Shown here: positions 47,941-64,000 of the stretch, piece after piece
Numbering within the stretch: position 1 is the first letter of the stretch
How the letters are laid out: each line of letters starts with the position of its first letter
Assembly (NCBI RefSeq): GCF_009914755.1
Contig: NC_060941.1
Origin: the human T2T-CHM13v2.0 reference genome, Homo sapiens
Reading direction: 5' to 3' (one strand)
Length of the DNA stretch: 64,000 nucleotides
Made by a program: the position numbers and the translations under genes
The notes under the pieces: model-generated
The model's database searches: none
What the model was told of the DNA's origin: nothing
The model's input: only the letters and a program-made list of their open reading frames with translations

Positions 47941-49934
47941 TAATTTTAAAGGAATATTTGTCAGAGGATCAGAATAGAATGTACTTTATTTAACAGCCTT
48001 TTAGTTTAATTTATAATTTGCAAATATTGAGACAGATGGCCTGTGGCATCCATCTGTCCTCTTGCCCTGAGCTGCACGTCCAGACTTGACTCATAGGCCC
48101 CAGCTTGGGTTTTCCAGTTCTTTGAATAGGTAGGAATCTACCCAGGGCTCATGTTTTTCCCAGCTGTGGGGCTGGGGTGGAGGGTCCCTCTGGTACCCCT
48201 TTGAATGCTGCAGAAACCAATTTCCAGCATGTGGTCCTGGGCTATGGAAACCTCTCCTTCTGCCTGGGACTCTCACTCTCCAGAGACGAGTTCATTCAGG
48301 TCATCTGAGGCCCCTGAAGATTTTTGGCCACAAATGGTTCCTCATAAAGTGGTGCCCCCAGGATGTTCAGCCTCCCCACAACCCCTGCAGGCTTCCTATC
48401 CCAGGGTGCCATGTGCTACTGCCCTGCTGGGAAGAGAAGTCTGGAGGGGCACAGGGCAGCACTGCCAGCTTAGAAGCCCCTTGTCCTTTCTTTCTGTCAG
48501 ATCCTGCCGCCCTGTTCCAGAGGGAAGAGTGGTCTGTCAGTAACAAAATTTCTTCTGTCTTGCCCCTTTTTTGCTACAGTTGGTAGAAATTCGTCCCAGA
48601 CTTCTTTGGTAACTAATGATGTTGGGATGTTGTGGCCTTCACTGGGAGGAGACAGGTTGTCAGGTCATCCATTTCACAGATGGTTGACCCGATGCCAACC
48701 ATAACAGGCAGGTCTCCTTTGGCTGCAAGTGACAGAAACCCAATTCAAACCTGTTCTGTGAGTAGGGACATTTCTTGAACCTCAGAATTGAAGGAAGGGG
48801 AAGGGTGTGTTTGGGTCCCAGAAAGGGTGAACCGTGGGACTAGAATCCCATCCAGCCTCTACTCCCTCTTCACGGAGGCTTAGCGCCTCAGATGGGTTGT
48901 GTACTCTGGCCCAGCACCCACAGGCTTCCTGTGAGAAGCTGAGCAGCTTTACTTGCTTCCACTTCCAAATGTAGTGACTGGCACACAAGCATTCCTATGC
49001 CTATGGGGGGAGTGGCGGGGGACAGGGCCCTGGGACTGGCAGCCCCCGCTAAAGCCCCATGAGGGAAGGAGTTCCCCCAAAGGCAGTGCTGTTCTCAGAC
49101 AGGAAGGGAAGAGTCAGTGCTCTCCACTCTGTCCCGCCTGGCCATTTTCCTCACAGATGTCACCTGTCCTTCCAGGCCCAGCTGCTATTTCTGCCTGACG
49201 TTTGGCCAATTTGCATGGTTAAAACCAGTGTATTTCCAGGAGATGGATGATGTTACAGAACTAGGGTTCCAGAAGGCTGGGGTGGCCCGGCACTCCCGCC
49301 TTCTTTAGAACACGGAGAGCTATTAGTTAGACAGGGCTGAAGCGTAGGTGGCGAGGAAGAGGAGGCTCCTACTGCAGATGGCCTTGTTCTACTGGTCCTC
49401 CCAGAAATTCCTGGGCCAGCTGGAACCCGGGGTCAGAGAGGGATGGGAGAGAGGTAGGCTGTGAAAGGGGATGCGAACACACCTTCTGGAGCCACTGTCT
49501 TCCTTGAGGGGACCCCGAGAGGGGGCTTAATGGGCAAGGATGGAGCTTCCTGCTTCCCGAGGCTCAGCGACACCTATCTCTGAGCGACCCTCCTGAGTTA
49601 GTGTGGGGTAGTCAGTTGTTGTTTGCCTGAAATTCTAATTTAACAGGGGATCTTGTAAATTTTATTTGCTGAATCTGTTAGCTCTGGGGGTAGGAGGATG
49701 AGAAAAGCAAAAGAATGGCCCCAAGCTCAGGCCACTGTGGAGTGAGACAGAACAAGAGACCAGAGAGGAAACAAGCCCACCAGGGTAGCCATCTTGTCCA
49801 AGCAGAAACCGCCTGACACCTGAAGGCGGTGGATGGAAGAATTCAGGCCTCTGCCCCCTCAGCAGCATACACCTAGTTTAGGGGAAGGACATACCTTCCC
49901 TCAGTGACAGAAATAGCCCCAGATTTTCAGTCTT

Positions 49935-50577
49935 TACAATCTATACATCTGACAAAGGACTAATATCCAGAATCTACAATGAATTCAAACAAAGTAAGAT
50001 AAAAAAAAAACCCATCAAAAAGTGGGCTAAGGACATGAATAGACAATTCTCAAAAGAAGATAGACAAATGGCCAACAAACATGAAAAAATGCTCAACATC
50101 ACTAATGATCAGGGAGATGTAAATCAAAACCACAGTGTGATACCACCTTGCTCCTGTAAGAATGGCCATAATAAAAAAAAATCGAAAAACAGATGTTGGC
50201 GTGGTGCGGTGATCAGGGAACATTTCTACACTGCTAGTGGGAATGTAAACTAGTATATCCACTAAGAAAAACAGTGTGGAGATTCCTTAAAGAACTAAAA
50301 GTAGAACTACCGTTTGATCCAGCAATCCCACTACTGGGTATCTACCCAGAGGAAAAGAAGTCATTATTTGAAAAAGATACTTGCACACACATGTTTATAG
50401 CAGCACAATTCACAATTGCAAAATCATGGAACTAACCCAAATGCCCATCAATCAACGAGTGGATAAAGAAACTGTGGTATATGTATATAATGGAATACTA
50501 CACAGCCTTAAAAAGGAATGAATTGACAGCATTTGCAGTGACCTGGATGAGATTGGAGATTATTATTCTATGTGAAG
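49935..50577 (+). mobile_element. L1 (L1PB-like) ORF2 3' fragment
   Basis: tctgacaaaggactaatatccagaatctac...; [16 protein letters not shown]; gatccagcaatcccactactgggtat. It ends abruptly just before the LYZL6-like segment. Confidence 0.92.
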
Positions 50578-50718
50578 GCCAGTGGAGGAAAGGCCAGAGG
50601 GCTAGCAATGAAGGGGGTTCTGGGCATTGCTCTATATGGGAGACTCAGCAAGAACTGGGTCACGTGTGTGGAGAAGTTACTGAGTGTGAGGCAAGAACCA
50701 TGTCTTTTTTCTCCACAG

Positions 50719-51060
50719 GGTAGAATGGAGGTTGCACTATTCGGGCCGGCCACTCTCCTACTGGCTGACAGGATGCTGCCCGAGATGAAACAGGGTGTGT
50801 GTGCACCACGGAGTCAGTCCAAGACTCCTGTTCTCACTCAGGGATTCTTCATTTCTTCTTCCTATTGCCTCCACTTCATGTTATTTTCTTCCCTTCCCAT
50901 TTACAAGTAAAACTGACCAGAGCCCCAGGAATAAATGGTTTTCTTGGCTTCCTCCTTGCTCCCATCTGGACCCAGTCCCCTGGTTCCTGTTGGTCATTTG
51001 CAAACCAAGAGGACCACAATAAACAAATCTCTATTTTTTTTTTAAATATTAAAGCATTCA
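50719..51060 (+). pseudogene. Orphan terminal exon of lysozyme-like LYZL6 (coding end plus 3' UTR and poly(A) signals)
   Basis: ttttctccacag|G GTA GAA TGG... gives (W)VEWRLHYSGRPLSYWLTGCCPR* (TGA 50786-50788) versus recalled LYZL6 WVEWRLHCSGRPLFYWLTGCRLR*. AATAAA at 50930 and 51018, ATTAAA at 51048. No upstream LYZL6 exons were found in the window. Confidence 0.85.
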
Positions 51061-52078
51061 CTCTGCAAAGAATGTGTCAATTTATTCATTACTAATTCTA
51101 TGTATATTTGAGTACATAAGACAGTAGGAGTGTACTAGGTACGAGAAGGAAGATAGAACTATTTTTCTTGAGGTGTTCATAATCTAGGTGGAGAAGCAGA
51201 GACATCCACAAACATTACAAGAGATTATTAAATGTATAATAAAATCCGTATTTATTGCTTTGAAACAGTATTGGCGTCCAAAAATTCCTCCGAAGAACAA
51301 TTTTTGAAGTAAAACAGAAAGCTCAGAAGTAGGCAATGGGTGAGGCTAAGGGTCTGGTGTTGGGGTGGAGAAAGTAGTGATGGGATGGAGAAATAGTAGC
51401 AGATGACAATGATTTGGGGGTAATTTGGGAGAATAGGCTAGGATCTAGATGATTTAAAAAAAGGCTTCTCTGAACAGGATCTGGTTTGCTTGGAGGGTGC
51501 TGATGTGGAGTAGAACATGTTTAAAGAAAAGGCAAAGGCAGAACAGCGACAGTTGAAGGAATATCCAGCATAAAGCCACCATCAGTAGTGTCTGACCAAG
51601 CTGGGGTTTTATCTTGGACCCCTCGTTTCTCTACCTCTGAGCCTTAACAGCTTCTACCATAAAAGGAGAGATTTGACTATTCAGTGGTTCCTAGACTTTT
51701 GTTTTTCACAGGTCATAAAGTGTAAAAAAAATTAAACCTGAGATTTTAAATTTTTAATTATAATATCCAAGTAAGAGCATTAAAGCAACTATATTTATCC
51801 AACTATCCTCTATTTATCAGCATCTTTTTATAAAGGGAGGTCATACTTGTAGGAGAATGGAGTGGAATCTATTTTATTTTATGAAATTATTAAAAACCTA
51901 ATTATATTTTCCATATTGTCCTCATTTTGTAGAGTAGGGGTGGAAACTTCATCACAGCATGGGTCTGAGGACCATTATTTAGAAACCACAAGAGACTTGT
52001 CCTGCAGGGTCTCATCTGGCTTTGACATTCTAGGATTAAAGTAAAGAGCAGTAGGACCCACTTTCCCTCTTGTGTTAC

Positions 52079-54247
52079 TGAAACTGCCTTTACAAAAATT
52101 ATGACAATTCCGACCTAACTGACTCCATCTTGCTTCTAACCTCCAAACTGCCCTTGCTCATTCCTGGGCACAGGCCAAGCTGACTATGGGAGGAATTTAG
52201 TTTATTGTTTAACTTTGAAACAAAGATGATAATCCCTTCCTAAAACAAATCACCTCCTTGCTTGGGAATCAGACGTCCCTTGTAAGACTAACAAATTAGC
52301 CACAAGATTAGATATTATAGCTCAGGAATTATGTAACCAGAGGCCACAAGATTTCAAACCTACCCAATTGCTCCTATAGATAACATTGTTGTAGGCTGGG
52401 CACAGTGGCTCATGCCTGTAATTCCAGCACTTTGGGAGGAGGGGGGTGGATCACTTAAGGTCAGGAGTTCAAGACCAGCCTTGCCAACATGGTGAAACCC
52501 TGTCTCTACTAAAAATACAAAAATTAGCCGGGTGTGGTGGCAGGCACCTGTTACCCCACCTACTTAGGAGGCTGACGGGGGAGAATCGCTTGAACCCAGG
52601 AGACGGAGGTTGCAGTGAGCCAAGATTGCGCCACTGCCTGGGCAACAGAGGGAGACTGTCTAAAAACAAAACAAAACAAAACAAAAAAAACCCCATAACA
52701 TTGTTATAGTCTCAGCAATGCACCAAGATTTAACAGTCGCTCCTTGTCTGAGATAATGCGCCCCAGAGTTCTTTGTCCTACCTCCAAGACAATTAAGGAG
52801 AGCAGACACAAAGGTGAGGTTAGAGTGAAAGTTTAATAAGCGAAAGAAGAAAGCTCTCTGCCAGCAGAAAGGGAGTCCCACACGGGTGCCCCTATGAGGC
52901 TGATGTCCAGGGTTTTTAAAGACTGGGAAGGGGAAGGAATGTGGTTAGTTGCCCCAGGACCACTCAGGAGCTGAAATGATGATTCCTAGATGCTGCTTAG
53001 CTTGGCCCAGGACCAATCACGAGCTGAAATGATGATTCCTAGATGCTGCTTAGCTTGGCCCAGGACCTATCAGGAGCTGAAGTGAAAGCTTGGCCCCGGA
53101 CCTATCAAGGGCTGAAGTGATAATTCACAGAGGCCAAACTTATAGTCCAAAAAGGAAAGTAGAGTGTCCACTGGAACCCACTGGAGCCCACTGTAGCCAC
53201 GCCCACAAAAGGAGAAGAAACTTTGTCCTGGGAGGCCGCTGACTATACAAAGGACAAAGACATTTCTATGCCAGGTCTTGTTCCTTTATGTGAGTGAGAT
53301 GGAAGTTTGTTGAAGTTTTTATCCAAATGGACCTGAGGTTTTTCTATCTGTGCAGCCGTGGGCATGTCTCCAGGCACAACACCCTGTGCCTGTTCCCTTA
53401 TGGGTGCCTGCAGCTTGAATGTTTTCCCAGGCTGCTTTTTCTGTTGTGTGGGGATGAGGCACTGACCTGTGGGCCGGGAGCTCTCTGGGGACCCTTCCCT
53501 TGTTATCTACCTAAGGCAAGCTAACTAACTCCTTTCAATATTACTATTGTAAAACCTAAGGGCCGGGCGCGGTGGCTCATGCCTGTAATCCCAGCACTTT
53601 GGGAGGCCGAGGCGGGTGGATCACAAGTTCAGGAGATCGAGACCATCCTGGCTAACACAGAGAAACCCCGTCTCTACTAAAAATACAAAAATTAGCCGGG
53701 CGTGGTGGTGTGTGCCTGTAGTCCCAGCTGCTGGGGAGGCTGAGGCAGGAGAATGGCTGAACCCGGGAGGCGGAGCTTGCAGTGAGCCAAGATTGCGCCA
53801 CTGCACTCCAGCCTGGGCAACAGAGCAACACTCCGTCTCAAAAAAAAAAAAAAAAAAAACCTAAGATTGGCGTTCTAGGTATTTTTCAGACCCTGTATTC
53901 TGATGGACCAGCTGGGACCACTCAGATTGGCAAACTGGCTCATCTGGTCTTGTGGCCCCCAACCAGGAATTCACTCAGCACAAGAACACAAGTTTTGACA
54001 CCCTATGATTTCATCCTTGACCCAACCAATCAGCATTTCCCACTCCCTAGCCCCCAGCCTGCCAAACTATCCTTAAAAAACCCTAGCTTCCAAATTTTCA
54101 GGGAGGCTGATTTGAGTAATAATAAAACTCCAGTCTTCTATTTAGCTAGTTCTGTGCTTATTAAACTCTTTCTCTATTTCAATAATGCTGTCTCAGTAAA
54201 TCGGCTTTTCTGGGCAGTGGGTACAATGAACCCATCAGGTGATTACA
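52079..54247 (+). mobile_element. LTR8-type LTR with a nested Alu (52394-52690), an antisense ERV1 LTR (~52701-53537) and an AluY (53561-53858)
   Basis: tgaaactgcctttacaaaaattatgac...caggtgattaca; AluY TSD aaaacctaag; internal tandem duplication at ~52950-53120 in the nested LTR. Confidence 0.8.
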
Positions 54248-54917
54248 CTGCTCTACCACGTAGCTGATTATGACACCTACCCCTCTCAGACACTATCAGC
54301 TCCAATTTGGACCTATTCTTTGAATTTTTTTTTTTTTTTCAAAATTGATCTCTACTTCTCATTCAAACCTCCCATCTCCCACATCATCTGACCTCCACAA
54401 GTTCACGTACACAATTCCCCAGAATCACGTAGGACAACTAGGAAATTCTTTTTAAGGATTTCATGCTAGACTGTTAATAGCTTAGTGAGTTATACTTTTA
54501 TTTGAATATGTTAAACTCCTTAAAAAAAAACCTCTTAAGTCAAAAGATTGCATCTTTCATGGTTATTTCCCACAAGCTCAGTAGGTAGTGCTAATACTTA
54601 GTACCCTAATCTCCAGCAGGAGTGAAGATGAAACTGGCTGCTATAAATATGTCCCTACCCTTTCATGCTGTCAGGCCATTTTGGGACTGTACCCTAAACA
54701 TGCACTTGAATGGAAGTTCTAAACTCAGGGATCGTGGCGGTGTGGCTGGAGGACAGGAACAGGCTCAGAGGCCGGCCCCAGGTAGGAGGGGCGAGGGAGC
54801 GATCCGGGCGCCGCCCCTCCCCTCGCCTGCGCCTCTTTTTTTAAAAAAAGCGTGGGCGTGCCTTGCGCAGGCGCAGTACTGCGCGAGCCTTAGCCGCGCA
54901 GGCTCAGCGAAGGGAGG

Positions 54918-55887
<970 letters not shown>

Positions 55888-56170
55888 GTGGCTCCAAATA
55901 TGGAATTCCTAGCTCCGCTGAAATGAAGTGCTGAATTCAATAATAGATTAGCATTTGTCCAGCACTCTGGTTTACAGAATATTTTCAGATGCATTGCCAC
56001 ACTAATCTTCCAGTTCTCTGGTTTTTTTAGATTAAGAAACTCAAACTCAGGGTGGTTAATTGACTTGCTTAAGGTTCCTGACAAGAATTATGGAAGCTTA
56101 AGGTTGAACTCAAACCTACTGATGCTAAACCCCATGTCATTTTATGCTGTCCCTTTTTAAGAAATCTCAG

Positions 56171-59392
<3,222 letters not shown>

Positions 59393-59540
59393 CTGGACCA
59401 GACTTTAACTAGCAAGGTTCTATATTCTAAAGTGCTTTCCAGGTGCTTGAAATCATTATTTCTTCAGCCAATGGGGTGGGAGGGCTGTGCCAAGGGTAGA
59501 GGGGACCAAACATGGCGAGGGAGCTGGGGACACCCACACA

Positions 59541-60581
<1,041 letters not shown>

Positions 60582-61178
60582 TTCCAATGTGCCCAGGATT
60601 GAGGAGATTCCTGGGATGCAGGACTTTGTGTGTTAGAACCAGGAGAGTCCTGGATAGAACAATTTGGTCACCCTATCGGGATAATGAAAGAGAAAGGCAT
60701 GCTTTGGTCTAAGTTGCTGTGTGACCTGAAAAAGGACCAGGCAGCTGATTGCTCAGGTCCCACTTTAGACCAGTTAGTCTAGTACCTCCTATTTCACAGG
60801 GGTGGAAGCCAGCCCAGAGAAGTCCAGTGACTTGTCCACATCACCCAGCTACTCAGGGGCAGGGCTGAGGCCAAGCTCCCACCTTCCCACTCCCCGTCCA
60901 GCTCAGCACCTTCTCCATCAGTTCACGTTGTCTTCTCTTAACACATTCCTCTTGATTTGGCGAACACAGCATGTTTATTTATAAATTGGCTTGTTTGGAG
61001 CCTGAAATGTGGCATCACTGATTTTGGCTGTGAGGTGTTCACATTTTTCCTCTCTTTGTTTTGGCTCGCTAAACCATGTTTTGTGAGCAAAACCACAAAG
61101 TAATAAAAACACAATGAGGCCGCTAAAGTTGTTCAAATGCAAAGCATCCAGAAATGTGACAGCATAGACTTTCTCAGA

Positions 61179-61184
61179 TTTATT
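61179..61184 (-). terminator. Poly(A) signal AATAAA (minus strand)
   Basis: TTTATT on the + strand. Confidence 0.55.
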
Positions 61185-61275
61185 GTATGTCCTCAGACAG
61201 TAGATAAAAATGCATGGGGTTTACTTCCAGGGATTTACAGACCAATATAAGTAAACAGCTGGGGTTTCTTTTTAG

Positions 61276-61400
61276 GCTGTTTCTCTTGGAGGTGGTGCAG
61301 GAGGTTGAGGAAAGCACCTCTGATGAGCAGATAGCTGGAGGCTGTTCCCACAGTCATGTCTCAGCGAAGAAGTCGGAGTTCAGCAGCCATCAGAACCAAG
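61276..61400 (+). ncRNA. Candidate downstream exon of the RDM1-pseudogene transcript (not RDM1-derived)
   Basis: Strong acceptor tttctttttag and donor AAG|GTATGT; 125 nt. Its use as an exon is inferred. Confidence 0.5.
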
Positions 61401-63234
61401 GTATGTGTGGTGATCTTCGGAATGCCACTCCAAATCCTTTGCACTTTCTTTTGCACACAGCAGGAGTTGTAAAAGAATGCTTCCTTTTATTATTAACACT
61501 GAGAATCCATGCAGAGAGTTTACACTAAACACATGAATACATTGTGTTTTAGAAGGCTGGGTGCCCTCAGTCCCCAGATCTTTGAATTCTACCATTAAGT
61601 TCAGGTAGGTTTTTGGAGACAGAGATTGGCCGCATCATATCTGTGACACTGACTCTTCTGGTGTAGGTTTGCTTGGCCAGGGAGTCTGAGTGCAGCCCCT
61701 GATCAGTGCTTCATGCCAATCTGTGAGTCTGTTCCAGGAACTAGAGGAGAGAGAGCCTTAGCCTTGCCTGCAACCAGATGAATGGTTAGCTTTAGTGGTG
61801 AACACTTTGCTTTTTGAATAGTGTGGTTGGCTGGCAGCTCTTGTCATTGTTTATCTCTCAATTTAACAAACCAAGCTGAAGCCTGAGCACAGCTACAACC
61901 TTGTCCAATCTCTTTAGCAACAAAATACCTGTGTGTGCATATCTTATTGCTCAAAACATTAAACAAGGCTGTATACAAACACACACACAAACATACACAG
62001 ATACACTGTACAGGAGACCCCTGATAAAACACACAAATTTTAAAAATTTATTTTTAAACAAATGCAGTGGGATGATCATAGCTCTCTGCAGCCTTGAACT
62101 CCTGAGCTCAAGCAATCCTCCTGCCTCAGGCTCCCAAGTACCTGGGACTACAGGCGTGAGCCACTGCACCTGGCCATGTAGTGAAGGACTTTCTAAGCAA
62201 GACCTTGACTTGGAAAGTTGCCACCAACTCCCCAGCTCTGTGAGAAGTTTTAGGGGCAGGGGGTTTAAATTATCAAATTTAGCTGGTTTGCAGGGGGAGT
62301 TCTTTCCCAGTGATGAGTTGGGGCTGCTTCTCCCCAGAGTAAAAAATGGCAGCAAATAAATGTTAGATCACAGCCTCTTCTTAGTCATACCCATTTATAC
62401 ATGTCATGAGGGTCATTGCCAAAGAAAGAAGTGAGTTAAGTGTAAGGGAATCTGGTCGGGGGTGGACCAATAACCAGACTCATCCGAACGCTTGGCTGAT
62501 GGTTTTCCAGTTGCTCCGTGGTTTATCCTTTGTGAAGATGCAAGTGACAATCAGAGTTGGAAACGTGGGGCCTCAGCTCTGCTTGATAAACCAGGCAAGG
62601 AAGAGCTGAGGGTGGAGTAGGGGGGTGCCGGTGGAAGGAGGGTCTGAATTTGAGGAAGAAAAAGGACAGTGCAGCAAAGAGTTGGGTTCCTTTCAAGCTT
62701 CTAAAGGACACAGTGGGCTGTAACAGAGCTCTCTGAATGAGGGAAGCACAGCCCACCAGCAGAGCATTTACCACCTGTGTGTGTCTCAAATGGCCAGTGG
62801 GGCAGTTCCTGCTGTGGCCTGATTCCATGGACAGCACCACTCATCTCACTCCCCAACTCTAGCACACGTTTTCCCACTGGGAGCTCGGCCAACCATTTTG
62901 GATCCCTGAAGGGAAAGAATGTCAGGAGTGGAGGAAGGGGTGGTGATGCGGTGAAGCCTCTGCTGCTAGCCCCTGCAGGCAGAGAAAGTTCCAGATGCCT
63001 CGGCCTCAGTCAAAGCAAGCCTGGCTGACCCATAGGATGTCAGTGGCATGGGGAGTGGATGTATTTGGCGGCAGATGGCCTGTTTGTTTATGACAAAAAG
63101 TACTAGAGATGTGTCACCAAGAGAGGCCTATGGATTTCTTAAGCCAAAACACTTGGACAAAGTCTCCCAAAAAAATAGAACCAAGCATCTCATAGAGTTA
63201 ATGATTGTCTACAGGATCCCTGACAATGTAAGCA

Positions 63235-63530
63235 TTTCTTTTTCCGTTCTTTTTTTTTTTTTTTTTTTCGGAGACAGGGTCTCACTCTGTCACCCAGGCT
63301 GGAGTACAGTGGCATGATTATGACCCCCCACTGCAGCCTCAACCTCCCGGGCTCAAGTGATCCTCCTGGCTCAGCCTCCCTAGTAGCTGGGACTACAGGT
63401 GCACCCCACCACACCTGGCATTTTTGTTGTTGTTGCCCAAGCTGGTCTCAAACCCCTGGGCTCAAGCAACCCTCCCACCTCAGCCTCCCAAAGTGCTGGG
63501 AGTACAGGCACGAGCCATCAGGCTTGGCCA
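63235..63530 (-). mobile_element. AluJ (a further Alu fragment lies at 62060-62176)
   Basis: Reverse Alu. Confidence 0.9.
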
Positions 63531-64000
63531 AATAAGCGTTTATTGGACAGATCCAGTTCTCCAAAGTTTAGAGCAGGTTAACTTGGTAGCTATGGAGTAT
63601 GACCAGATGGAGACATGGGTCTTGTGGCCGGCCCTGCGACTGGCTGACAGTCCAGCAAGGCAAGGAGGTAGGTACTTCACACACTGTGCACACCCATCTC
63701 AGGCAGCCGTAGACCCCTACGCCTCCCCACCCCACAGGCACATGCAGGCTCCAGGGAAAGCAAGTAGTTGGCAGGTGCCTCTCCAACCTGGTGTCTTTGG
63801 GCATCCTTGCCCTGGGCGACACAGTGAGACCCTGTCTCAAAAAAAGTCCCTCCCATGCCAGCTGCCTGTGTCCCAACCACTCAGGTGCTTTGCCTCTCAA
63901 CAGAATCCACCTGCAGTTCCCTGCTAGGTATGTCTCAAGGAGCCCTCTAGCCACCCGACTTGTCTTTAATGCCTATAAAATCCAGTTCAGAGGAGGAAAA

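Larger units (their letters stand above)
61157..64000 (-). other. PLXDC1: Probable long 3' UTR / terminal exon of a minus-strand gene, likely PLXDC1
   Basis: Minus-strand AATAAA (TTTATT at 61179-61184) with T/GT-rich sequence downstream on the minus strand. Identity rests on recalled 17q12 gene order; no coding sequence lies in the window. Confidence 0.55.

Noticed and set aside
63424-63954. 167-aa and 128-aa ORFs at the right end
   Set aside because: Partly Alu-derived, within a probable 3' UTR, with no recognisable domain.

Overview
Primate (very probably human) euchromatic DNA dense in Alu, LTR, L2 and DNA-transposon fossils. It contains no intact protein-coding gene. The centre (~19.2-56 kb) is a mosaic segmental-duplication block with all gene pieces on the + strand, in this order: RDM1 exon 3 (21226-21348), RDM1 exon 6 (24501-24586), an unprocessed LRRC37A-family pseudogene (25121-43368), the last exon of a lysozyme-like LYZL6 gene with its poly(A) signals (50719-~51060), then a CpG-island promoter with RDM1 exons 1-2 (54918-55887). 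The LRRC37 copy has a giant mucin-like exon 1, four LRR exons, internal deletions and C-terminal exons. The RDM1 pieces are therefore in permuted order (exons 3 and 6 before exons 1 and 2). Exons 1-2 keep an open 92-codon RRM frame whose ATG has become CTG in a strong Kozak context. The right end appears to be the 3' UTR of a minus-strand gene (poly(A) signal at 61179-61184), overlapped by a plus-strand exon. From recalled gene order this is probably chr17q12 LRRC37A11P / RDM1P5 / PLXDC1. Gene identities come from my own translation compared with remembered protein sequences, not from a database search. Repeat boundaries and subfamilies are approximate.
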